A stretch of 64,000 bases of DNA from an uncultured Chloroflexia bacterium (GTDB lineage Bacteria > Chloroflexota > Anaerolineae > CG2-30-64-16): positions 690,496 through 754,495 of the forward strand of contig CAWEMM010000012.1 in assembly GCA_963810095.1 (NCBI GenBank), written 5' to 3'. Of the stretch, positions 23,609 through 33,842 are shown one piece after another. A program made the position numbers and the translations under genes. The notes below the pieces were generated by a model, which searched no databases, was not told where the DNA came from, and worked only from the letters and a program-made list of their open reading frames with translations. How positions within the stretch are numbered: the stretch's first letter is position 1; each line of letters opens with the position of its first letter.

Positions 23609-24284
23609 TTACCCGCGTTGCGCTGGCTGGTTTCTGCCGCTTCGAAGCTTATTCCTTTGCTCTATTAGGATTTGGCGGTTTAGCAACTCTAGTAGCTTTG
23701 TGGCACCAGCGATGTCGTTCTTCATTTCGTCGCAGTCTTGCCTTAGCGCGTCGACTTTGCCCTGCGCGGTACGCACTGCGGGCATAGGCTCGCGACGCAG
23801 GGCGAGCCATTTGTTGAGGTGATACGCGAGCCCAGCCGCACAAGCAATGGCGAGGGCTAACCACAGCACGGCATCTGTGGAGCCACCCTGTGCTACAGCA
23901 AGCAGAAACATAACCACCAAGCCAGCGCCAAACCCCAGAACAAACTTCGAAAGCCGGTCCTCTTCCAACTTCTGCTCAGCAAGCGCCTTTGCGGCTTCGG
24001 CCTCGGCGAGCGGGATTTCGCTCTCACGTCTGACGAGTTCGCCTTGCGTTCGCACGATAAAGTCTCTCCATTCTTCTTCCTCCTCCTTAACTTCTCTGCT
24101 CGTCCTGACCGAGAGGAGGCGCTCTATCGCAGCTTGCAGTGAGAGCAGGACCCGTCGCCCGTCAGCGTCCTCTTCGAACTTCTGCCAAATGTGGCAGTAC
24201 GAACACTCATAGTAGACTCGTTCGGCTTTGGGCTCAATCGGCGCGCCGCACTTGACGCACTGGTAAACAATCGTTGCGCTCATT
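23609..24284 (-). CDS. Hypothetical Zn-ribbon / coiled-coil / 2-TM membrane protein
   Basis: CVKC..CSYC, acidic coiled coil, two hydrophobic helices, C-terminal coiled coil; lower GC. Confidence 0.7.
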
Positions 24285-24414
24285 GTCCCTCTGATGCTGA
24301 TGCGATAAGCCGGCGCAAGAAACGGGCTTTGACGCACTTCCCGGCTCCAATGGTCAGCCCGCCAGTTTTGCCAAAGTCGCCTTCAACGAATGTCGATCTC
24401 AACGTGAAGGATAG

Positions 24415-25801
24415 CTACAAAAGCTTCCCTTCAAACGCCCGCTTCAGCACCGCCTGCCGCAGCCGCTCAGCGCGAGCCAGGTTGGCTTCGACACTCTCGT
24501 CTAGCGACCGAATCACGGACAATGCCCGTTCGACCTCCGCCACAATGCGATGCTGTTCCTGCAGGGGGGGTAAGGGAACGGCTAGGGGCCGTAGATCGCC
24601 GCATGTTCACATGAGGGGCCGCAGTGCCAGCTGATAAATGGACGATACTGAGTCCGAAAGATGGCCGAGTTCAAGACCTTCTCCAGATATGCTCCCAGCA
24701 GGGCCCTGCTCGGCCTGAAGATCATCATCCGTTGACCGAGGCAGAAGGGCAGGTCTTCGGGGACGCGACAGCGATTCCGAGCAAGCTCGCCTCGCGGCTG
24801 AAGATCATGTCTCCCGCCTCTGGCGTCATCCGACGATTCCGTTCAATGAAGATGTGCTCATCGACATAGCGTCCCCGTTCGACAATAATTCGCCCTGGCT
24901 CTATGCAGTTCGCGTCAACGCAGAGCGTGCCCCTCTCCTGGAACACCGGCGTGCTGTGAAGGCAATCGACAATGCGGTCAGACACCAGCTCAACACTTGC
25001 CCAGCACCACCCCGCCGGCAACTCCGGCAACCCCTCTACGTCCGGCCCTTCCGGCTCCACGTACTTCTTCCCCGGGTGCTCCGCCTCCCACTTCGCGCGG
25101 CGCTCGGCGAGGATGCGGCGCAGGAGGACGTCCGCCGGCTCGTCGTTCGGGTCCTGAGGGACGAGGCGACCTTCGCAGGCGGCTTTGAGGACGGCGGCGC
25201 GATAACGGCGGAGGTTGGCTTGGACGCGGCGCAGGGCACTAACTCGCCGGCTCCAGACCGGCTGAAATGCTGTTCGATCTCGGCGACGATCGCGCTGTTG
25301 ATCCTCGTAGGGCGGAAGTGGAATGAGCAAGGTCTTCAATGCTCGCGTTGTCGAAGATTATCGATGTTGATGCCCGACGACGCTTCGCTGAACGAGATGC
25401 GCTAACGGCGTGGAGCCGATAGCAGATAGCACCGAAGTGGGGATCAATCGCCGATCGACCTTCAGCCGACATGAAGCGTCCCGAGAGAGCCCGATCCAGC
25501 ACTGCTTGCAGCGAGCCGTCTTGCCCACTAGATGTCATTGCTGCCGCTGGACAATGCAGAGAACCACGTCGCACGGCCTCAGCATTGATGCGGCTTGCGA
25601 ACCGATTTGGCACGTAGACCAGGTGTTCCGTCCACGACGAGCCGATCATGCCTGCACGTTCGTGGCCCGGAGTGATCGGGGAATAGCCTTCTTGTCGGCG
25701 TTCCTCCGTGCCGACAACTCCGTCATAGCGTACGCCTCAGACGCCTCCAGCCGACCAGTCGCCAGTTGGCTGCCTGCAATCGCATTCGCCGAAGGCTTCA
25801 T
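24415..25801 (-). CDS. hsdS: Type I R-M specificity subunit; several frameshifts
   Basis: IPLPPYEDQQ, YRAAVLKAACEGRLVPQDPNDEPA, LPELPAGWCW, C-terminal LRQAVLKRAFEGKLL. Confidence 0.9.
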
Positions 25802-28618
25802 ACGTACCAGACGCCTCATTCAGCTCTTCCAGCAACTCGCGGCAGCTTCGCGCCCAAACTGCTTCTTCGCGCCCAGCCGCCCGCCCTTGTCGAAGAACTC
25901 GCCGTAATCGAAATCGTCCAGCGTCATCGCCAGGTTCAGGCCGATGTGGTCCACGATGCGATCGAGCCACCAGCGCTGCTGCTCCGTGAAACGCTGCCCC
26001 GCCGCCTCCTGCTCCCCCAGCCACGCTTCGTACCGCTGCCGCACGAGGCGGGGGTAAGGCACGAGCTCGTCGTCCAACTGCACAGCATGGCGCACGAGCG
26101 AGACGAGGTCGGTGAGCACCCGCTCCGATGCCGCGCCCTTGACCCGGTCCGCCTCGAGCTGGAGATACGCCAGCCACAGGCTCTCGGTGGTCCAGTTCGG
26201 GTGCGCAGCCGTGATCGCATCCGCCAACTGCTTGACCTGTTCGTACGTCAGCCGCTGCCGGCTGCGTGGCTCGTTGTAGATGATCTGCAGCGCCGTGATC
26301 TCGTCGCGGTGCTCCTCGATGAACTCCTTGAACGAGCGGACCGTGGCACGGGCCCGCTCGGTCGCTGCCTCGCTGAAGCCCGCCTCCAACACCCGGTCGA
26401 CGCTGACCCGGTCGATGGTTTGCTCCGACGCGGCGGTGGATGGCGATGAGCGCCGCGCGCAGGCCCGGCTTCATGAGCGGCGCGACGGCGGCCTCCGCCA
26501 GGGACTCGGCAGTCGCCGCAACCTCTTCGGGGCTCGGCTCGGTGCCAGGCGGGAGAGCCCGGCGAGCCGCTTCGACTGCCCGGTCCGGGTCCAGCGCATC
26601 GAGCAGCCCGTTCGCGAGGTCCTGCAGCGATGCGCCGCCGGACTGGGTCGCGATGTCCTGGCGGTCGGCCTCAGTCAGTATGCGCTCGAGCCGCGCGAGC
26701 CGGGCCGTCAAGCGAGGAAAGGGTGTCGGCGTCGGTCGCGCCCCAGGCGACCTGTTCGAGCAGCTTCTCGAACGATACCGTGCGTTTGCGCTCCAGGGTC
26801 TGCGTGTCGACCTTCTCCTGCTCGACCACGCCGACCGCATCGACGATGACGAAGCGGGTCTTCTCCCGGGCGTCGGGCGTGACGGCCTGGAGGTCCTCCG
26901 GGTTGATGATGCGGGTGCCCCGGCCCAGCATCTGCTCGAAGAGCACGCGCGACCTGACCGGCCGCATGAAGAGCAGGGCTTCGAGCGGCTTGATGTCGGT
27001 GCCGGTCGCAATCATGTCGACCGTGACCGCAATGCGGGGGAAGTAGGAGTTGCGGAACGAGTTGATCAGGTCCTCGGGCGAGACGCCGGAGACGCGATAG
27101 GTGATCTTCTGGCAGAAGTCGTTGCCCTTGCCAAACTCCTCGCGCACGATCCGGACGATGTCCTCGGCGTGGCTGTCGTCCTTCGCGAAGACGAGCGTCT
27201 TGGGCACCTCCGTGCGGCCGGGGAACAGGTCGGTGAAGAGCCGGTCGCGGAACGTGCGGACGACGGTGCGGATCTGGTCCATCGGCAACCACGTCGCGGT
27301 CGAGCTGGCTGCCCGCGTACGCGAAGTCCTCGTCCAGCCGCTCCCAGCGCACTGCCCGCGTCAGCCGGTCGCGGCGGTCCACGAAGTAGCCCGCATCGAC
27401 CTTGCTCCCGCCCTCGGTGATCTGCGTGCGGATGCGGTAGACCTCGCCGTCGACGTTCACCCCGTCAGCCACGGCCCGGGTGCGGGGGTATTCCATCACC
27501 AGGTTGCCGTTGAAGAAACCGAGGGTCTGCTTCGAAGGCGTGGCGGTCAGGCCGACGAGGTGCGCGTCGAAGTACTCGAGCACCTGTCGCCACAGGTTGT
27601 AGATCGACCGGTGACACTCGTCGGTGAAGATCACGTCGAAGTACTCGACCGGCACGCGAGGGTTATAGGAGACGGTGACGGGCGGGCCGCTCAGGGCGGC
27701 CTCCATGTCAAACCACGAGCGCTCCTCCGCTTCCGGGTCGAGCTCTTCGCCCGTCAGGATCGAGTAGAGCCGCTGGATGGTGGTGATGCACACCCGGCTC
27801 ACCGGGTCGAGGACGCTCGAAGTCAGGCGCTGGACGTTGTACAGCTCGGTGAACTTGCGGCCGTCGTCCGGCGTGACGTACTGCTGGAACTCCTTCAGCG
27901 TCTGGCGGCCCAGGTTGCTGCGGTCGACGAGGAAGAGCACCCGTCGCGCGCCCGCGTGCTTGATCAGGCGATAGACGGCGCTGACCGCAGTGTAGGTCTT
28001 GCCCGAGCCGGTGGCCATCTGGACGAGCGAGCGGGGCCGGTCCGCCGCGAGCGAGCCCTCGAGGTTGTGGATCGCCTCGATCTGCGCGCCCCATAGGCCC
28101 GTCGTCAGTAGGGGCGGAGACCCGTCGGCCGACGGACCCCCGCCCAACTCGCGCAGGCGGGTGCGCAGCGTAGGAGGCGGAGCAAGCAAGCCAGGGCGCC
28201 CGGCGCCCACCCATTCGGCAAGCGTTTCGGGGCGGTGAAAGGCGAAGACGCGGCGGCTGCGCGGCTCCGGGTCCAGGCAGTTGGTGAAGAAGGTCTCGAC
28301 CCCCGAGCTTTCATAGAGGAAGGGCAACGGCCGGGTCCATGCCTTGAGCGACGTGGGCAGGCCCGCCCCGTAGCTTGCCGACTGCGACTCGATGCCGCTG
28401 AGCGGCGTGCCGGCGGCCTTGGCCTCGATCGCGCCCGCGGCCTTCCTGTCGACGAAGAGAAGGTAGTCGGCGAAGCCGGTGGTGAGCGGAAACTCCCGGA
28501 TGGCTACCCCGCGAGCAGCGGTCAGGTCGGATTCGGCGCGGTCCTGAACGGCCCAGCCGGCCGCGGCGAGCGCGCGGTCGATGAGCGTTGCCCGGGTGCC
28601 GGCTTCGGAGAGAGTCAT
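25798..28618 (-). CDS. hsdR: Type I R-M restriction subunit (EcoAI/EcoEI-like); frameshifted
   Basis: ADYLLFV..IEAKA, MATGSGKT, FLVDR, DECHRS, GLTATP, EQMLGRGTR. Confidence 0.95.
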
Positions 28619-28647
28619 GCTGCTGCCGCGCCTCGTTGGGTGGTGAG

Positions 28648-28685
28648 GGAAGAAAAAGCCGCCTCGGTTTGCCCCGGGGCGGCTG
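28648..28685 (-). terminator. Intrinsic terminator-like hairpin about 30 nt upstream of the hsdR start
   Basis: Minus strand agccgccccgg-ggcaaa-ccgaggcggct followed by ttttcttcc. Confidence 0.65.
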
Positions 28686-28875
28686 GATGAGCAAAGGCTC
28701 CACGCTGTCAGGAGGCCTGCGTTGCCGCCCTGAAGGACGGTGCGCCTTTGGGGGCCTGCTGCCGTCCGACGCCAGATATGTTACCACACCGGCTTAGTGC
28801 CCGCAAAGTCCTCCAGGCCTCGCAACATCGATTGATGCAAATACGATCGTTTGTGCTATCATCCATCTGGCACCG

Positions 28876-29529
28876 GTGGCCGACGGCCATCCCATCAAGT
28901 CATGTTGGAGATCTGCATTGCGGGATAATCAATACGCCACCATCGCCGCCACGTTCGATGAACTCATCCGACGGCTGCAGGAATATGGGGACGCGTTCCC
29001 ACCGCCCGGGTGCAAGGGCATCCGGTTTGCATTTCCAGATCAGATGTACGTCTTTGACTCCGGGCCGTCCGGGGGTTGGACCGCAACCGCCCACTGCTAC
29101 TCCCGCTGGGAGACCAACGAGCCGCTCTTCCTGGTCGTCGGGCATGAAGCCAAGGCGAGCTGCCGCGTCCGCACGCGCTGCGTCGAACCGCGCATCAAGG
29201 GCTGGTTTGAGGTCATGCTGGACTGGCTCGCGCCTAAATGGGATACAGACGAGGTTCAGCCACTGCCCGCCGTGCCCTTGATCGGCGCGACCGCCCCCGT
29301 CCTTCCGGTCGAGCCTGAGCCCGGCGCGCCGCCCAAACGCCGTCGCGGCCCCAAGCCGGGTAAAACGCCCGAAGAGATGGAGGCCATCTGCGTCGAATGG
29401 CTGGAGAAGGCGCAATTTGTCGACGAGATGTGGCTCTTCTGCGACAAGCACCGTATCTCAGAAGATGCACTCAAAAAGGCGCTGCGCGCACGAGAAGAGC
29501 GTATAAAGAAGGGACTGCCTCCGATCTAA
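28876..29529 (+). CDS. Hypothetical protein with probable C-terminal HTH
   Basis: Pro-rich linker, then KRRRGPKPG and a helical ISEDALKKAL segment. Confidence 0.55.
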   Translation: MADGHPIKSCWRSALRDNQYATIAATFDELIRRLQEYGDAFPPPGCKGIRFAFPDQMYVFDSGPSGGWTATAHCYSRWETNEPLFLVVGHEAKASCRVRTRCVEPRIKGWFEVMLDWLAPKWDTDEVQPLPAVPLIGATAPVLPVEPEPGAPPKRRRGPKPGKTPEEMEAICVEWLEKAQFVDEMWLFCDKHRISEDALKKALRAREERIKKGLPPI

Positions 29530-29573
29530 AACGAAATAGCAGCGAAACTCGAAGGAAATAGCAGTGGAATTAT

Positions 29574-29618
29574 CCGCCTCCGGTGGCCTACAGTGAGGGC
29601 CAAGGGAGGCGGTTTTTT
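29574..29618 (+). terminator. Hairpin + T6 abutting the rep start codon, with the GGAGG SD inside the stem
   Basis: ccgcctcc(29574-81)...ggaggcgg(29605-12) tttttt ATG. Confidence 0.6.
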
Positions 29619-31187
29619 ATGTCCGACACACCGGCATCGCCCGGCTTCACCCGTATCGACAACCGGGTCATCACGGAGCACGCGCCGCGCATCGGCGCGC
29701 ACGCGCTGGCGGTCTACGCCGTCCTGGCGCTGCACGCGCACAACATTACCCGGCAGTGCTATCCGTCGACCCGGACCATCAGCCGGCTGTCGAAGCTCAG
29801 CCGGCCAACGGTGCTGAAGGCAATCGAGAAACTAGAGGAGGAAGGATTGATCAGGATCGAGCGAAAGCGGACGAAAGGCGGCAAGCCCCTAGTGAATGTC
29901 TACACGCTGCTGCCGGTAGGTCACACCGGTATACCGACAAAGGTCAAGCAGGTTGACCAAGTAGGTCAAGGAGCTTTACCAGAACAAGACTTAATTAACA
30001 AGACTAAGGAGAACTATGCCGCGGGCACCCAGCCGGCACCGGGGATAGATCCCGATCCGGATCACCCTGCCGTCGCAGCTTACCAGGCACGCTTCCGGCT
30101 GAAGCCGAACCGGGCGCAGGCCGAGGCGATCGCGGCGACGGTGTCCGACCTGGCCGCCTGGGACGAGGTGCTGCGGCTCTGGGAGCTGCGGGACTACCGG
30201 ACCTCGAACGTCGAAGGTCTGCTCGACCGGTACCTGAAGGAGATGTCGGGGAGGAACGGCAGGAATGGGAACCATGCAGGCAGTTGGGGGAATCCGCGCA
30301 GTAGGCGACCTGGTTGCCAGGGCGATGGCGACGGCGAGCGGCGAGCATACCGGTCAGAAACTCCTGAGGAGGCCGCCCGACGAGACGCCGAGTGGGAGGC
30401 CCTGGTTAGAGACTCCCTGCCGGCAGGGACTCCCTCGGCAGGGACTCCCTCGGCAGAGAATCCCGAACAAGGAGTGCAGGCGGTGATTCATAACCTGATT
30501 CCGATCGACAGGCGGCCCGAAGTGGTGTGCCCTCTCTGCAAGGACAAGGCGTTCGTGCAGATGGACGTGCCCTACGGACACCCGATGTTCGGCAAGCTGA
30601 TCCCGTGCCCTCAGTGCAGCCAGGCCAACCAGCAGCAGCTCCTGGTTTCAGCCTGCGGGCTCACGGTCGAGAAGCTGGGCTGGACGTTCGCCAACACGAT
30701 GCGCCGGCCCGAGCTCGCAGAGGTGTACGACACGGCGCTGGCCCTGGCCGGGAAGCCCCGCCGCTTCCTGACCCTCCAAGGGGAGCCTGGCGTCGGCAAG
30801 ACCCGGTTCCTGGCTTGCATCATCAATGAAGCCGTTGCGAAAGGGTTCACGGCCGTCTATATGACCATGCCCGACCTTTTGGATTACCTGCGCACCGGCT
30901 ACGCACCGAACGCGGCCACAACCTATGATGCGCGCTGGCAGCCGCTGATAGACGCCCGCGTGCTGTGCATCGACGAGATCGACCGGTACAGCCCGACGCC
31001 ATGGGCCGAGCAGAAAGTCTTCCAGTTGATCAACGCCCGGTACGAGAACGGGCAGGACCACCTGACGTGCTTTGCGTTGAACGCAGCAATTGACACGCTG
31101 CCCGATTACCTGCAGAGCCGCCTCCGGGACCGCCAGTGTTACCTGTTCCACCTGGCCGGCCAGGACGTGCGGCAGCGGAAGCGTTGA
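29619..31187 (+). CDS. Phage-type replication initiator (wHTH + DnaD-like) in frame with DnaC/IstB-like helicase-loader ATPase
   Basis: FTRIDN, CYPS.RTI..LSRPTVLKAIEKLEEEGLI; CPLC..CPQC, Walker A GEPGVGKT, Walker B LCIDEID, FQLINARY, SRL. Confidence 0.85.
   Translation: MSDTPASPGFTRIDNRVITEHAPRIGAHALAVYAVLALHAHNITRQCYPSTRTISRLSKLSRPTVLKAIEKLEEEGLIRIERKRTKGGKPLVNVYTLLPVGHTGIPTKVKQVDQVGQGALPEQDLINKTKENYAAGTQPAPGIDPDPDHPAVAAYQARFRLKPNRAQAEAIAATVSDLAAWDEVLRLWELRDYRTSNVEGLLDRYLKEMSGRNGRNGNHAGSWGNPRSRRPGCQGDGDGERRAYRSETPEEAARRDAEWEALVRDSLPAGTPSAGTPSAENPEQGVQAVIHNLIPIDRRPEVVCPLCKDKAFVQMDVPYGHPMFGKLIPCPQCSQANQQQLLVSACGLTVEKLGWTFANTMRRPELAEVYDTALALAGKPRRFLTLQGEPGVGKTRFLACIINEAVAKGFTAVYMTMPDLLDYLRTGYAPNAATTYDARWQPLIDARVLCIDEIDRYSPTPWAEQKVFQLINARYENGQDHLTCFALNAAIDTLPDYLQSRLRDRQCYLFHLAGQDVRQRKR
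29915..30005. promoter_or_regulatory. Putative replication origin inside the initiator gene
   Basis: Repeated aggtca/ttgacc motifs followed by AT-rich acaagacttaattaacaagact, placed after the HTH as in lambdoid origins. Confidence 0.45.
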
Positions 31188-31200
31188 GGGGAGGAATAAC

Positions 31201-31617
31201 ATGGCTGCTTCGAGCAATACCACGTGGTCGAAGGGGTTCAGCGAGAACCCGTACGGGCTGGCGAGAGGCGACGTTGGGCTGGCCGAGATGGTCCGCCAGG
31301 TGGCCGGCGAGTGGCTCGTCTATCCAGCCGGCAACGATGGTGACTTGCACATGAGCCGGCAAGAAGCCCTGGTGCGCACGCTTTGGACCCGGGCCGTGAT
31401 CGATGGCGACATGACGGCCATCAAGCTTCTGGTGGAGCTGCTGGAGGGCAAGGGCGCCGGGACCGGCGAGGCCGGCGGCGCCGTGCTCACCGCCGACGAC
31501 CTGGCCCGGGCCGAGGCGGCGCTCCTCGCCTGGGCCGACGAGCACCTTCTGCCCGAGACCGGGACGGCGGCCGGCGACGACCAGCCGGCGCAGGAGGGGC
31601 GCGACGATGGACGATAA
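31201..31617 (+). CDS. DUF5681-like terminase small subunit
   Basis: WSKGFSENPYG (cf. FKKGQSGNPxG), EALVRTLWTRA..GDMTAIKLLVE; SD ggagg; overlaps TerL. Confidence 0.65.
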   Translation: MAASSNTTWSKGFSENPYGLARGDVGLAEMVRQVAGEWLVYPAGNDGDLHMSRQEALVRTLWTRAVIDGDMTAIKLLVELLEGKGAGTGEAGGAVLTADDLARAEAALLAWADEHLLPETGTAAGDDQPAQEGRDDGR

Positions 31618-33138
31618 CCTCGATTCGGGTGCGCTCTGGCTGGCGTGCTCGAGGTCGCCGGCCTTTTTCCTCGACCGCTGCGGCTATCTCTATGACCCGA
31701 CGGGGCGGCCGGGCGAGGCGGGTGGCTGGCGGCGCTTTCGCCTCTGGCCCAGCCAGGTGCGGGCGATGGAGACGCTGGCGGCCAACCCGCGATGCGTGAT
31801 GCTCAAGGCCCGCCAGCTCGGCATGAGTTGGCTGACCGTCGGATTCGCCCTGTGGCTCATGCTGTTCCGCCCGGCCGCCACGGTGCTGCTCTTCTCCAAG
31901 CGCGACGACGAGGCGGTGCACCTGCTCAGCTTCCGCCTGCGGGGCATGTACGACCGCCTGCCCCGCCCGCTGCAGGCCGCCGCCATCGTCCGGGACAACG
32001 CGCACGAGTTCCGCCTGTCCAACGGGTCGGCGGCGTTGGCGTTCCCAACCACGGGCGGGCGGTCCTACACGGCCAGCCTGGCGATCGTGGACGAGGCCGA
32101 CTTTGTCGGCGGGGCCGCCGGCGACGACCTGGACAGCCTGCTCAACGCGGTCAAGCCGACCGTGGACGCGGGCGGGCGGCTGATCCTGCTCTCCACGGTC
32201 GACAAGTCCCGCCCGGAATCCGCCTTCAAGCGCATCTACCGGGCGGCGGCCAGCCGCCGGAACGGGGCCGCCGGGGGCGGGTGGGCGCCCATCTTCCTGC
32301 CCTGGGACGCCCGCCCCGGCCGGACGCTCCAATGGTACGCGGAGCAGGCGGACGACGTGCGGGCGCGCACCGGCGGGCTCGACGACCTGTACCAGGAGTA
32401 CCCGGCGACCGAGGCCGAGGCGCTGGCCCCCCGGGCGGTCGACAAGATCTTCCGGGCCGAGTGGCTGGCCGCCTGCTACAAGCCGCTCGTGTGGCCGGGC
32501 CAGTTGCCCAAGAAGTACGCGAGCCGCGCCAGCCCTTGCCCGAGCTGCCGCAGGCCATCATCCACGTTCCGCCTGCACCGGGCAGGTATTACGTGATCGG
32601 GGCCGACCCAGCCGAAGGCAACCCCGAGTCGGACGAGAGCGCGGCGGTCGTGCTGGATGCGATCACGGGCGAGCAGGCCGCAACATTGGGCGAGCGGGCC
32701 GATCCTGCCCGCTTCGCCGACCACTTGAACGTGCTCGGCCGCTTCTACAACGACGCGGCGGTCATGGTCGAGCGCAACAACCACGGCCATGCGGTGCTGT
32801 TGCGGCTGCGGGAGACGACGATGCTCAACGTGCTGCGGGGGCTCGACAAGGAGCCAGGCTGGATGACGACGGGCGCGAGCAAGCCAGTAGCCTTCGACCA
32901 TGCCGCCGCAACCATCCGGGAAGGCGGCCTCGCCCTGCACGATGAGACGACGTATTTCCAGATGGCGTCGGTGGACGGCAACACGCTGAAGGCGCCGCCG
33001 GGGCAGCACGACGACCGAGCCATGGCGGTGGTGCTGGCACTCGCGGCGCTCAAGTGGTGCAGCGTCATCAGCTGCGGCGCGAGCGTGATGATTCCGCCAA
33101 GGGACTGGCTGTGGGAGGCGGACCACGGTCCCTGGTGA
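31607..33138 (+). CDS. terL: Terminase large subunit; one frameshift near 32520
   Basis: LWPSQ, Walker A KARQLGMS, Walker B IVDEA, LLST; nuclease YVIGADPAEG, VERNNHG, HDDRAMA. Confidence 0.9.
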
Positions 33139-33160
33139 GAGGAGGGGCGGGGCGTATCAG

Positions 33161-33187
33161 GTAGGGGCGGGCGGTGTGCCCGCCCCT
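33161..33187 (+). repeat. Single GTAG-type REP between convergent genes
   Basis: gtaggggcgggc-ggtgt-gcccgcccct. Confidence 0.6.
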
Positions 33188-33261
33188 GTCATTTGCGCTG
33201 CGACCGCTTAACCTCCGTGGCACACGCTGAGAGGGTTGGAGCTGGTTCCGGCGCAGGGGCT

Positions 33262-33834
33262 TTATGCGGCGTCCGCCGCCTCGCCGCCTGCCATGAATGC
33301 CGGGTGAAAAGCCACCCTGCCCTCCGGCATGCGTGCGGCCGAAGACGCCGCGGAATCGAAAGCCAGGGCGAAGAAGGCCTCCGGTGGCACACCTTCAACC
33401 ACCAGTCCCGCCGGGTTTTTGAACCCGAACCTCGGGTAGTAACTCGGGTGCCCCACCAGCACGCACCCACGGGCGCCCAGCGCCTTCAGGCGCGCGAGGC
33501 CCTCCCAAATGAGGGCCTCGCCGATTCCCTGCCGCTGGTGCGCGGGCAACACCGAAACAGGCCCAAGGCCATACCAGCCCGCCGTGCCGTCCGAAATGGT
33601 GACGGGAGAAAAGGCGATATGTCCGACCAGCCGGCCGTGCAGCTCAGCGACAAGCGACACGGTGAGCGCGTTGTCGGCGCGCAGCGCGGCGACGATGAAC
33701 TGCTCTGTCTGGCTGCTGATCTCCAATGTCTCGAACGCCTCAACAGTCACTGCAGTGATGGCGCTGGCATCCGCCTCGGTTTCGTCCCGGATAACGAGGC
33801 CAGGAATCAGGGGTGTCGCGTTTCGGTCTCCCAT
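33262..33834 (-). CDS. GNAT acetyltransferase (YhbS-like)
   Basis: LVGHIAFSPV, LGPVSVLPAHQRQGIG, VLVGHPSYYPRFGF. Confidence 0.9.
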   Translation of the reverse strand: MGDRNATPLIPGLVIRDETEADASAITAVTVEAFETLEISSQTEQFIVAALRADNALTVSLVAELHGRLVGHIAFSPVTISDGTAGWYGLGPVSVLPAHQRQGIGEALIWEGLARLKALGARGCVLVGHPSYYPRFGFKNPAGLVVEGVPPEAFFALAFDSAASSAARMPEGRVAFHPAFMAGGEAADAA

Positions 33835-33842
33835 GCTAATCC

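Noticed and set aside
28695-28750. c-di-GMP-I riboswitch
   Set aside because: Only a loose resemblance (GGC..ACC-stem-GG..ACGCA.GCC); it lacks the GNRA loop and the P2 receptor arm. Kept only as an unassigned structured leader
28876-33138. Complete prophage
   Set aside because: No integrase, portal, capsid, tail or lysis genes; the flanks are R-M and host genes
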